Shown piece by piece: positions 9,569-18,900 of a DNA stretch of 64,000 nt. Source of the stretch: Ignavibacteriales bacterium (GTDB lineage Bacteria; Bacteroidota; Ignavibacteria; UBA10030); NCBI GenBank assembly GCA_016192345.1, contig JACPUH010000037.1, positions 11,293 to 75,292 of the forward strand. The letters run 5' to 3'. Within the stretch, counting starts at the first letter, position 1; each line of letters starts with the position of its first letter. The notes below the pieces were generated by a model. The model made no database searches. It was not told the DNA's origin and was given only the letters and a program-made list of their open reading frames with translations. The position numbers and the translations under genes were made by a program.

Positions 9569-10513
9569 TCAGAGTTCCTTCTTCAGGAGTGTAAAGCGTC
9601 GCGTCTGGGTGAATCCGAACTTGGAGTACACCTTTGCAGCCACATCATCCGTCCACATGACCCAGGCGTTATGATATCCCTGGTGACGCATCCGTTCCAG
9701 GGTCCGGGCGAGAAGGACTGTTCCGATGCCGCGTCCTTGGTGCAGGTCGCTCACGCCGAACGGCCCGAAATGGGACCCTTCGAACTGGCAGTACCCGATG
9801 ATCTCATCTCCGTGAGTGACGACCGTGATCTGGTCCGTCCGGAAGCCCCCCTCGGAAATTTTGCGCAGATTGCTTCGCTCCACCCGCACCCAATCCGTGG
9901 GCATTGTCCGCTCCAGGAACCCCAGGAAACGGACAAGATCGGTGCGACGATAGGGACGAATCTCAATGCCCCCGGCCAGCAGGGTTTGTTCCATCTGCAC
10001 GATCTTTTCGGGAACGGTAAAAAGGGCGATTGGCGCATCCATGCTGAGCGCTTCGTGGAAGGCTTCGTACTTGTGGGAAACGAAGAACTCGAGCAAAGGA
10101 GCGGAGGCTTGTTGGTCGATCCCCGGCGTGAAATATCCCGGGGGGTAGCCTGAAATCCGGCATTCCCTTTTGCCGAGCGCTCTGAACCGGTTTTCCAGCG
10201 TGGCGAGAAGCGGTGTTCCAACCTCCTTCAACATGGCGGTGGGGTGTACACCGAATGCGGTGATCCAGCACCGGGTCCCATCCGGGTCCGCGTCTCCAAG
10301 ATGCATCCGCCGCGCATACACGCCGAGGACGAAGCCGACAAGGTTGTCGTCCTTGCGCGCGAGGAGGAAGGTCGAGGGATCGAAGTTCTCGTCGAGGAGC
10401 ACGCGGCGCTCGAAGATGTCCTCCGCGATGGCATCGAGCGGAAGACTCTGTGCCCAGAGCGATAACACTTGCTCCCGATCGTTATCCGTATAGTGATTGA
10501 TGGAAATGTGCAT
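9569..10513 (-). CDS. Tandem GNAT N-acetyltransferase, paralog of 7859-8791
   Basis: Shares LLDENFD/ILDPNFD, WITAF.VHP, YF.PG.D and FGPFG with the paralog; HQGRGIG motif. Confidence 0.88.
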   Translation of the reverse strand: MHISINHYTDNDREQVLSLWAQSLPLDAIAEDIFERRVLLDENFDPSTFLLARKDDNLVGFVLGVYARRMHLGDADPDGTRCWITAFGVHPTAMLKEVGTPLLATLENRFRALGKRECRISGYPPGYFTPGIDQQASAPLLEFFVSHKYEAFHEALSMDAPIALFTVPEKIVQMEQTLLAGGIEIRPYRRTDLVRFLGFLERTMPTDWVRVERSNLRKISEGGFRTDQITVVTHGDEIIGYCQFEGSHFGPFGVSDLHQGRGIGTVLLARTLERMRHQGYHNAWVMWTDDVAAKVYSKFGFTQTRRFTLLKKEL

Positions 10514-11535
10514 TAATAACTTACGGCAAGTGAAAGATGATGCACGGCGCCGAAGATGCCGAAGGTCTGGTACGCGTAATCCGCACGCACCGGGAATTCC
10601 CCGACGTGATAACGAATCCCCAGTCCCGCCATGAAGCCCCGCTCGTCGTAGTTCGTCGCGTAGCCCGCGCGCGCCACAAGCACGTCCAAGATATTATATT
10701 CCGCCCCCAATTTCAGCTTTTCGTTGAAATCTCTCGGGTGACGCGACTCAAAACTCAGGATAAGGGTATTCCGTTGTTCCGGGTCGAAGAACAGGAGTGG
10801 TTCGATCGAGGCTCCGAAACTGACGGCGAACGGGAGAGGAAACGCCTCGTTTTCGTAACGGACCTCACGGGAGATATTTTGCAACGTCGCTCCAAACCGG
10901 ATCCCATTGTACAAGAAATCATAGTACGCGCCGATGTCGAACGCCAGGGCATTCTGGGCGTACGTCCGCTCGGAGATCGCAAGGCCTGGGTCGGAGAGAT
11001 TCGATCCGGTCGGTGCAACCCACGCCGAGCCCAGGTCCTGGCGGACATATTTCATATGAAGGCCGTAGGAAAAACGATCGCTCACCTTCTGGGAGAAGGC
11101 GGCCCCCAATGCATAGGCGGAAGGGGAGAAGGTGCCGGTCTCCACGAACCCTTCCTCATTCGCGGCCCGCCTGGTTCCATAGAACGTTCCGTAATCCATC
11201 ATGAGGAGACTGAACCCGACAACCCCGACTCCACGGATGTGGATGGCGGCAGCAGCCGAATTGTAGTTGATCTCCGCTATTCCCCTGGTGTGATTTAACG
11301 TCAGGTCGACATCGGAACGAATCCATCCCAGGAGGCTCGGATTCCAGAAAATCCCATTCGCATTCAGGGTCGACGTCACCCCGACGGTCCCGCGGCCGAT
11401 GACTTCCGCCGAAACCGGGTTTTCCAGGAACCGAAAACCGACCTGGGCTTTCTTCATGATTTGTGCGTTTGCATCAACCTGCAGAACGGAGAGCATCAGC
11501 AGAACAAGGCATGCGGAAGATGTTCGAATGCTCAT
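10513..11535 (-). CDS. PorV/PorQ-like (UPF0164/FadL-type) outer-membrane beta-barrel
   Basis: Start at 11535 after AAGGAGG; KKAQVGFRFL...GIFWNP, AFDIG, FPLP, GAEY, DYAY..FG.F; terminal aromatic residue. Confidence 0.8.
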   Translation of the reverse strand: MSIRTSSACLVLLMLSVLQVDANAQIMKKAQVGFRFLENPVSAEVIGRGTVGVTSTLNANGIFWNPSLLGWIRSDVDLTLNHTRGIAEINYNSAAAAIHIRGVGVVGFSLLMMDYGTFYGTRRAANEEGFVETGTFSPSAYALGAAFSQKVSDRFSYGLHMKYVRQDLGSAWVAPTGSNLSDPGLAISERTYAQNALAFDIGAYYDFLYNGIRFGATLQNISREVRYENEAFPLPFAVSFGASIEPLLFFDPEQRNTLILSFESRHPRDFNEKLKLGAEYNILDVLVARAGYATNYDERGFMAGLGIRYHVGEFPVRADYAYQTFGIFGAVHHLSLAVSY

Positions 11536-11590
11536 AGAAGCCTCCTTGAATTTCATGGCGGGCGAAGTGGAATATCGGGTGGTCATCGCC

Positions 11591-13708
11591 TCACCTTACG
11601 AGCACAAATTTGACGAACTGGTTGTCGAGGGGTTGTCCATCGAGCCCCTGGCCGTCCGTGACTGTAAGGATATAGATCCCGCTGCTGACGTATTGGTTGC
11701 CGTCCGTACGCTGGTCCCATTCATGATCCGCCGTTCCGTAATGTTCAATCATCTTGACGTGGTCGCCGGTCTCCGTGTAGATTCTCAGCGTGCACTTGAC
11801 GGGGAGGTTGACAAAAAGGATCTTGTTGGGTGTCCCGGAAAAACCGAGTCCCCCGGCGGCAACGGTGGCGGGATTGGGAACAACCCGAACTTTTTGTGAT
11901 TCGCTCAGGCCGGGCTTGAAGGAGGTGGCCGGTAGCTGGGACCGCGTGGCAAAGCGTGAGCTTTCGAGCTTCACGCCGTTCAAGAGGCCCGAAGAGTTTT
12001 GCGTTCCGTTGTCGACCGCGGTGACGGCATAATAATAATCGACTCCGCGCTGGACATTCCGATCAAAGTACGAAGTTACCGTCCGGTCGGTTGTCTCAAA
12101 CACCAGCTCCCAGCGGGCCTGGCTCCGTTGATCGAGAGGATCGTTCACGTAGTAGGCGCCCTGCTTTCGGTACACTCTCCATGCATACCAATCATCGGTG
12201 CCCGGTCCCGGGTCCGTGAAGTAATCCGGGCTGGGGTAGGACCAGGAGACCTCCACCCGGTCAGGCCCGGATTGTACATTGATGTCCGGAGGTGGAGGAG
12301 GAGAGGGGATCGTCAGGCCTTTGCTTAATTGATCCCAGGCCCAGTTGGCCCGGTCCATCGTTTTCCAGAGGGAATCGATCCCCTTCAGGACCCACGCGTT
12401 CTTCTCGGCATCGGAGATCTCGCTCTTGAACCAGCCCCGGCCGATGGAATCGGCGGCATTCCAGCCGATGCTCCCCGATCCGACCGCGTAGACGAAGGTA
12501 AGGGAGTCGTACCGGTTTTGGGCCTTGTTCTTGGTCAGTTCATAAGGTCCGACCGTAATAAAGCGCATCGGCCCCTTTTGAGGACGGGAAGCGAGCCCCG
12601 CTGTGACAGCGTCGGGGGGAAAGCGACCGCGGATATCGTCCCCGCGGTAGGTTAGCTTGAGGTTGACGTCACGGCGTCCCCAAAGGTCTTCGACAATACT
12701 TGCATGAGGCATCGCATAGGGTTGGGCCGGATCGTCGGTCTTCTGGTTGTGTGCTTTGTCGGCGTAGAGGAGGGCATACCCCGGTATCTGGGTGGAGTGG
12801 AGGAATCCTGTGACCCTGTCCGGATCCCCCATGTCATCCGACTTGCCGTTCGTGAAAACAGCTGCAAGGGAATTATCGGCATCCCAGTAATAAGCGACAA
12901 GCAGGGAATCACGCGATCGGTTCGGCACCAATTCCGATTTCCGGCTGAACCAACTGTCGAGATCGTCCTCGCCTTCGAAACCAAACGATCCGTTCGTGCT
13001 GTATTCACCCGCCTTGGAGGGGCCGAAGCTGAAGGCGATCGGCCACCAAAACCGGATCGTCTGATCCGGCAGTGTGTCTGTGGGGGCGGACGATTCGCGC
13101 GGGCGCTTGGTCTCTCCGGTGAACTTATGCGTTGCCTTCCAGATGAAAAAGTCGGCCAGATGCGGATTGCTGAACGCATAGATCTCCACGTGACTGCGGA
13201 GGCCGAATTGTCCCAGCACGTCCTCGAACTCGAGTTTAATGTCCGACCTCAGGTTCCTGTCGACGTGCCATCGGTACGGAGGGTTGAGAGGAATGCCGTC
13301 CACGACGATCTGCGGGGGACGATATCGGCGAACCTCAAAGGCCCAGTCGGTTTTTCCGGGATTCGTCAATGCGTCGCCGCGCGTGAACATCGGCTTCCGG
13401 ACACCGAACTCATCGATGATCCCGTTATCATCCAGCGAGAGGGGGTTGAAGATCTGGTACAGCATGTTCGATTGCCAGCGATCCTGCGGCCAGTGGAAGA
13501 TCTCGGTCTGCTGCGGATTGGCCCCGGCCAGCATCCAGCTGTACTGCGTTTGAAGCCCTCCCTCGCCGTTCAGCTTGTTCATCGTCATGCGGAGGTTCCC
13601 CACATCGATCAGCATCGGAAACGGGTCCATGTTGCGTTCCTGCGCGAGGAGTAACGCAGTGGGAAGGAGCAGGGAGGCAAGGCCGCTGATGGACAATATT
13701 CTTTTCAT
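11591..13708 (-). CDS. Secreted ~705-aa protein with FnIII-like domain and variant T9SS-like CTD
   Basis: Signal peptide; PSPPPPP..W..YR..Y.D..V.RG..YYY; CTD VRVVPNP..KILFVNLP..C..RIYTETG..W...SGIY..KFVLVR; paralog of 22914-25070. Confidence 0.8.
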   Translation of the reverse strand: MKRILSISGLASLLLPTALLLAQERNMDPFPMLIDVGNLRMTMNKLNGEGGLQTQYSWMLAGANPQQTEIFHWPQDRWQSNMLYQIFNPLSLDDNGIIDEFGVRKPMFTRGDALTNPGKTDWAFEVRRYRPPQIVVDGIPLNPPYRWHVDRNLRSDIKLEFEDVLGQFGLRSHVEIYAFSNPHLADFFIWKATHKFTGETKRPRESSAPTDTLPDQTIRFWWPIAFSFGPSKAGEYSTNGSFGFEGEDDLDSWFSRKSELVPNRSRDSLLVAYYWDADNSLAAVFTNGKSDDMGDPDRVTGFLHSTQIPGYALLYADKAHNQKTDDPAQPYAMPHASIVEDLWGRRDVNLKLTYRGDDIRGRFPPDAVTAGLASRPQKGPMRFITVGPYELTKNKAQNRYDSLTFVYAVGSGSIGWNAADSIGRGWFKSEISDAEKNAWVLKGIDSLWKTMDRANWAWDQLSKGLTIPSPPPPPDINVQSGPDRVEVSWSYPSPDYFTDPGPGTDDWYAWRVYRKQGAYYVNDPLDQRSQARWELVFETTDRTVTSYFDRNVQRGVDYYYAVTAVDNGTQNSSGLLNGVKLESSRFATRSQLPATSFKPGLSESQKVRVVPNPATVAAGGLGFSGTPNKILFVNLPVKCTLRIYTETGDHVKMIEHYGTADHEWDQRTDGNQYVSSGIYILTVTDGQGLDGQPLDNQFVKFVLVR

Positions 13709-13716
13709 GGCAACTC

Positions 13717-15081
13717 CTATCGTAAGACGACCATAGTTCGGGCGAGCGTAAACCCCCCGCCGGTGAGTCGATACAGGTACACGCCGCTCGGGAGGGTCGC
13801 GGATGAAACCGTCACCTCGTAGGATCCGGGCTGGTGGGTAAATTCAGCGAGCGTATCGACCTCGCGGCCAAGAGGATCGTAGAGCCGGAGCGTGTACGCT
13901 CCCCCCCGGGTAATATGATACCGGATCCGGGTTTGCGCGTTAAAGGGGTTTGGATAATTCTGTGACAACTCGAATGCGAGAGGAGGAGTTTCCCCCACCA
14001 TGATGGGAACGGAGGTTGTTGCCTTCAGTGCCGCACCCAGACTCGCCAGGAGCGGTTGTTGACCGTTCATGTAATCCTGACCGAGCGCCCAGAGAATGAC
14101 ACCGCCGAGCGACTGGTTTTTGAGATACGCCGCCTTCTCCGCGATTGAAGCCGAGTCATCGTAACTGATGACCCGCGTCTGGAGAGAGTTCACAAGGAAG
14201 GGTGTGCGCGTCGGCAGGTCCCAGTGTCGTGTCCACCCCTGTTGAAGTAAGGGGGCGATGTTGATGTACGTAAGCTGTGAGGCACCCGTGCTTGGACCGA
14301 ACAGGGTTGTGGCATTGAATTGCCATCCATAGAAGGGGATTCCGAAGAGGAGTTTTTCTGCCGGGATTCCCTTGGCCCGGTAGTGGGCCATGGAATTATC
14401 GATCCATCCCTGATCGGTCGTCGCAGCGGTTCCGTAGAGCGCCGAATTCGGCCCTGCCTTGGTCGTCCAACTGCCGTAGAAGTCGTAGGTCATGATCCCG
14501 ATCCAGTCGAGGACTTCCTTCATCACGGTCCAATCGTACCGGCCACTCCAGTCTCCCGAGGGGGCGGCAATGCTGAGCGAGAGCGGTGGCATGACCGTGT
14601 TGAACGCTGCGCGCAGTTCCTGAAACAAGAGGGTGGCATTCGGCCGGTCCGCCGGGGCCGGATACTCCCAGTCGATGTCGGCGCCGTCATAGCCGTAGGT
14701 CTGACAAAAATTTTTCAGGTTGGAGACAAACCGCGTACGGGCAGTCGGATCGGCGACCATGGTTGCAAAGCGGGGCGTCCGCACCAGATCCCATCCGCCG
14801 ACCGAAATGACAACCTTGACGCCATGCTGATGCGCGGTTTGAATCAGCTCGGGATAATGAGCGAAGCCGCTCATCTCGAGAGTACCATCCGCAAACGGAA
14901 AGATGAACGCGTGGGCGATGTGCGTCAGATGCTGGTACTGTACCGCCGTGTGGGGATAGGACCCACGGATCCAACTCGGGTAATATCCCAGGACCATGCG
15001 CTCCCCCGCGGTTGCCGGACGCAGGAAGGCGGCGGCAAGGAACAGGAGGGAGAAGAAGAATCGTGTCGATGAACAGCGCAT
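13717..15081 (-). CDS. GH18 chitinase/endo-N-acetylglucosaminidase with T9SS type-A CTD
   Basis: Start 15081; THIAHAF, SVGGW, intact DGADIDWEYP, MTYDF, GIPFYG, ISYDD, GVILW; QNYPNPFN CTD. Confidence 0.92.
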   Translation of the reverse strand: MRCSSTRFFFSLLFLAAAFLRPATAGERMVLGYYPSWIRGSYPHTAVQYQHLTHIAHAFIFPFADGTLEMSGFAHYPELIQTAHQHGVKVVISVGGWDLVRTPRFATMVADPTARTRFVSNLKNFCQTYGYDGADIDWEYPAPADRPNATLLFQELRAAFNTVMPPLSLSIAAPSGDWSGRYDWTVMKEVLDWIGIMTYDFYGSWTTKAGPNSALYGTAATTDQGWIDNSMAHYRAKGIPAEKLLFGIPFYGWQFNATTLFGPSTGASQLTYINIAPLLQQGWTRHWDLPTRTPFLVNSLQTRVISYDDSASIAEKAAYLKNQSLGGVILWALGQDYMNGQQPLLASLGAALKATTSVPIMVGETPPLAFELSQNYPNPFNAQTRIRYHITRGGAYTLRLYDPLGREVDTLAEFTHQPGSYEVTVSSATLPSGVYLYRLTGGGFTLARTMVVLR

Positions 15082-15089
15082 GGGATACC

Positions 15090-18000
15090 TTAGAAATTTA
15101 CCCGGAGTCCGAGCATGACGCGCCGGGGGTTCAGGAAGATGGGGGCGTCCCACCATCCTGTTTTGATGTGGCCGTCGTCGGATTTCCATTGTCCCCATTT
15201 GTCGCTCCCCCCCTGGTGTGGCAGACGCAGGGAAGCTTTATATTCGTCATACTGTGTGCGGAGCATGTTTTCGGGGATGAGCCACTTGTTGTTGGTAAGA
15301 TTCTTGATCGTGACGACGAACTCCATGGAGGCTCCACCGAGCCGGAACGCTTTCGAGCCGCGGAAATCCATATTCCAGAAATCCATGGCGTCGACGTAGA
15401 TCCGGTTCTTGACGTCGGCCTCTTCCGGGTTCCAGAGGATCCGGCCGCCGTCACGCCACTCAAAGAAGAAATTCAGGTACATTTCTCCGAGCCAGTACAC
15501 GCCGCCGAGGTTCGGGCCGAAATCGACCGGCGAGTGGATGTTGAGGTTGAAGTTTGCTCTCGGGCGCGGCTCCGTGTTGAAGAGGTTTGCCGACCGCTCT
15601 TCGTCCTTCGCATCGAGCCGATTCTCATACACCCGGGCGAGCCCGGACTGCCCGTAGCTCTGCAGCATATAATCAACCATGCTCGTGAAGGTGATCCAAC
15701 TGCCGAGCGGTCGCTCGAGGCGCACTTCGATGCCCCGCACGTCGTGGTAGGCGTCGGGGAAATATGCCCGCACGATGTTGTCCCGATAATAGTTGATGAA
15801 CTGGCGGCTGAGCGGTTCGTTCCGCACATCCTTGTAGTACGCCGTCACGTTGAAGAGGAACTCTCCAAGGAAGAGCTGTTCGTATCCGAATTCGTAGGAG
15901 ATCGTCTTGCCCATGGTCAGGCCGGGAGTGGGAAGCAGGGTGGCCGCCAGGTCGATCGTCTGATTATACATGAAGGATGTCGCGGGGCGCTGGTAGAAGT
16001 GTCCGTAGTTGAAGTAGAGCTTGCTGCTCTCGGTGATGGGGAAGGAGACCCCCAGGCGGGGAGAAGCGAAGAGCTGCACTTCATTCTCTGTCTGCGGCCA
16101 GCCCGGAGGATTTTCCAGCAGGTCGCGGAAGAGCAGCCAGCGTTCATAGCTTCCCCATGCGCCGTCAAGGTTCTGATAGGTGTTGTTGTACAGTTCCGGG
16201 TAGTGATCGTCGACGGGCAGACCGACTTCGAACCCCTTTTTCATCGGGTTCAGGTAATCGAGGCGGATGCCCGCGTTCAGGATAATCCCGTCAAACTCGA
16301 GCTTATCCTGTACATAGAGCCCCATTTCGAGGGGTGTGGCGGTGTAGTACTGCCAGAGGTCCGGCGTGAAGGCCATTTGAGCCTGTAACCAGGTGCCGGT
16401 GTAGACAAAGAGCTTCTGGAGGCGGGCGGAGAACCCCGCTTCCAATTGATGATGCCGGCCCAACTGTGCGGTCACGTCAGCTTTGAACTGGCCGACCATG
16501 GAGTAGGAGGAATCCACACGCTGCAGGCCCCCGTACAGCCGCCACATGTTGAGAGCATCGCTCCCGGGATTCGTGGAGGCGTTCGGGCTGCCGCCGATCG
16601 GAACGTTCGGGTATCGAATGTCGGGAAGGTTGGGGTTCCTGTTTGGCAGGGTGAACCACGCGTCGGCGCCTGAGGTGTCCAGAGCGAAGGGTGAAAGCGT
16701 TTGATCGGTGTACCCCACCTGAAAGTCGAGCGTGTAGAAAGCCCGCCGGTCAAATGTGTGCGTCAGTTTTGCGCCCCCCACGAAGTACCGCTGGTTGTAA
16801 AACTGCAGCCGGCTCTTGTTGAACATCTGCCAGAGGTTGTCCCCCGCCAGGAGCCGGGCTTGCTGGCGGACGGAGGATTCCGTGCTGTTGAGGAAGTTAA
16901 AACTTGACGAGGCGTCAACGAGGGCCCCGCCGTAGGATGTGGTCTGTCCGCCGCTGACCGTCTCCACGTTGGCATAGAGTCCATTGATGGAGAGGCGCAT
17001 ATCGCTGGCGATTTGTGTCGTCAGTTTGAGCTGGGTGTTCCAGTCGACATAGTTGTTGCGTGGCCCGAGCGGGAACGCGAGCTGGGAATCTTCGTACTTG
17101 AATCCCAGCAGGAAGGTGGTGTTCTCCGCGTACGGTCCGATCAACGGAAGGCCGGCCCCCGGGAACGGACCGGTGATGCTTCCTTCGACGAAGAGATCCG
17201 GTTTGTCGGCATGCCGGTACTGCGGATGTTGGCGCTTCCACAGCTCGAGCTTGTCCAAGGTGTCGAGGTTGCGATCCGGGGTAAAACGGTTAGCCCAGCC
17301 CTGGAAATTGCGGAACTCGATCGGGACGGTTGTATCCCCGGGGGTGACCCCTTTCAGGGCGTACTCCCCTGCGAAGATCCTGTAGATCCATGACTCATCG
17401 CTCCAGGGGTTCGTACCGAAGTATTTTTTCTGTGCAGGGATTTGATCGACTTTCAACGCAACGGTATAGCGGTCGCGATACCCGTCTTTCGTGACGACAT
17501 TCAGAAGCCCCGACCGGATGCCGCCATACTTGGCCTGGAACCCGCCGGTCAACACCTGGATCTCCTCCACGGTCGTCGAGTTGAGGGCGAGATACGAATT
17601 CTCCGAACGGGGATCCTGCAACGAGATGCCGTCGATGCGGACGTCGGTCTCGCGGATGGCGCCTCCCCGCACACTCAAGCCGTTTCCTTCGGCTCCGCTA
17701 ACCAACTCGACACCTTTCACCCGGTTTACAAATTCATCCATACGTGTCACCGGCATCTGTTCCAGGCGCGAGGTCATGATCACTTCCTGAGTCCCGGCAA
17801 CGTCCGGTTTGATCATTTCGCGTTTTGCCGTCACGACCACCTGTTCGAGTTCGATCGCCGTCATCGCCAGCGTAAAATCGATCGTGACGGTGCGATCGAG
17901 TTCCACGCGGATCGGTCGCTGCGCCGTCGATGTGAATCCAACCATGCTGGCCTTCACGACATAGGTGCCGGGGGGGACGTTCAGGATGAAATAATAGCCG

Positions 18001-18248
18001 TTGACGTCGGTTGCACCTCCGAGCTGCCGGCCCAGCGATACCTCCGATCCGTCCGGTAAGATCGAATGGGTGATCAGCACGTTGGCTCCGGGGAGCGGTT
18101 CACCGGTCTCTCCGTCGGTCACACGCCCGGTCAATTTCCCGCTCGAGGCGTTCAAGAGGGTCGCGAAGACTGTCAGGAAGAGGACGGTTAACAAAAGTCT
18201 ACCCATGACAGTGGCAAACGAGCTTGGCTGGATCATACAATACCCCAT
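15090..18248 (-). CDS. TonB-dependent receptor (CarboxypepD_reg-like + plug + barrel); start may be 18236 or 18206
   Basis: GKLTGRVTD..GEPLPGANV; plug VRGG...TGGFQAKYG..SGLLNVVTK; YVQDKLEF, SPRLGVSFPI, NPRR..LG.RVNF. Confidence 0.9.
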   Translation of the reverse strand: MGYCMIQPSSFATVMGRLLLTVLFLTVFATLLNASSGKLTGRVTDGETGEPLPGANVLITHSILPDGSEVSLGRQLGGATDVNGYYFILNVPPGTYVVKASMVGFTSTAQRPIRVELDRTVTIDFTLAMTAIELEQVVVTAKREMIKPDVAGTQEVIMTSRLEQMPVTRMDEFVNRVKGVELVSGAEGNGLSVRGGAIRETDVRIDGISLQDPRSENSYLALNSTTVEEIQVLTGGFQAKYGGIRSGLLNVVTKDGYRDRYTVALKVDQIPAQKKYFGTNPWSDESWIYRIFAGEYALKGVTPGDTTVPIEFRNFQGWANRFTPDRNLDTLDKLELWKRQHPQYRHADKPDLFVEGSITGPFPGAGLPLIGPYAENTTFLLGFKYEDSQLAFPLGPRNNYVDWNTQLKLTTQIASDMRLSINGLYANVETVSGGQTTSYGGALVDASSSFNFLNSTESSVRQQARLLAGDNLWQMFNKSRLQFYNQRYFVGGAKLTHTFDRRAFYTLDFQVGYTDQTLSPFALDTSGADAWFTLPNRNPNLPDIRYPNVPIGGSPNASTNPGSDALNMWRLYGGLQRVDSSYSMVGQFKADVTAQLGRHHQLEAGFSARLQKLFVYTGTWLQAQMAFTPDLWQYYTATPLEMGLYVQDKLEFDGIILNAGIRLDYLNPMKKGFEVGLPVDDHYPELYNNTYQNLDGAWGSYERWLLFRDLLENPPGWPQTENEVQLFASPRLGVSFPITESSKLYFNYGHFYQRPATSFMYNQTIDLAATLLPTPGLTMGKTISYEFGYEQLFLGEFLFNVTAYYKDVRNEPLSRQFINYYRDNIVRAYFPDAYHDVRGIEVRLERPLGSWITFTSMVDYMLQSYGQSGLARVYENRLDAKDEERSANLFNTEPRPRANFNLNIHSPVDFGPNLGGVYWLGEMYLNFFFEWRDGGRILWNPEEADVKNRIYVDAMDFWNMDFRGSKAFRLGGASMEFVVTIKNLTNNKWLIPENMLRTQYDEYKASLRLPHQGGSDKWGQWKSDDGHIKTGWWDAPIFLNPRRVMLGLRVNF

Positions 18249-18643
18249 CGGATGGAAAAAGGGTTTTTATCAGAATCCTCTGGTCCCGGGCGAAAGGAGG
18301 TGAATGCCTTTGCCTACCAGAAGAGGATGAGCGTCTGTTGTGAGAGGGGGTGACCGGTGCCCATGATCGGGGGAAGACCCCGGCAGACCAAGCCGCTCCG
18401 TGACATCGTGCCATAAACGGAGTACGGCGCCTTCAGGTTCTTACGGGACCCAAAGGAGGCGCGGATTGTTACAAAAGAGAATTGGTGATACGGAGTGAAC
18501 CAATGCTCGCCCAAATCCGGCACAGCCTGGCAACAACGAAAGGCAAATCACGGTATGACCTCTGCGATGAAGAACGTGCGTTACACACTTGCCCGGAGTT
18601 ATGGAACACCCATCACTCAGTCCGCTCTTCTTCTCACGGCGCA

Positions 18644-18672
18644 AATATAGACAAGGTTACGCCATTTGTCAA
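18644..18672 (-). promoter_or_regulatory. Sigma70-type promoter for the amino-sugar locus
   Basis: Minus strand TTGACA-17 nt-TATATT(TG). Confidence 0.65.
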
Positions 18673-18750
18673 GAGAATATCCGTTGTGAGAACAGAATTA
18701 ATACATCGATCAAAAGTCATTCTCTTTTCTGAGAACGTCCCTCTGCAATA

Positions 18751-18835
18751 TAAAAAAAGGCCTCCTCAGCTTTGGGGATGCCCTTTCGAATTGCGATAAA
18801 CAAGAACCTGGCCCCGCGCGAACGGAGCCAGGTTC
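18751..18835 (-). terminator. Two hairpins downstream of 18901-20262, the second followed by a T7 tract
   Basis: GAACCTGG..CCAGGTTC stem (18804-18835); imperfect stem at 18759-18783 followed by TTTTTTT on the minus strand. Confidence 0.55.
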
Positions 18836-18900
18836 GGAGAAACTTACTTCGACAGCATTGCCGCCAGAAAACAGCGGGATTACTCCTCGTTCCACAAGAA

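Noticed and set aside
15012-16388. Long plus-strand ORFs (e.g. 15012-16388, 46136-47503, 40924-42093, 61271-62728, 21865-22983)
   Set aside because: They are antisense shadows of well-supported minus-strand genes in GC-rich DNA and show no recognisable motifs
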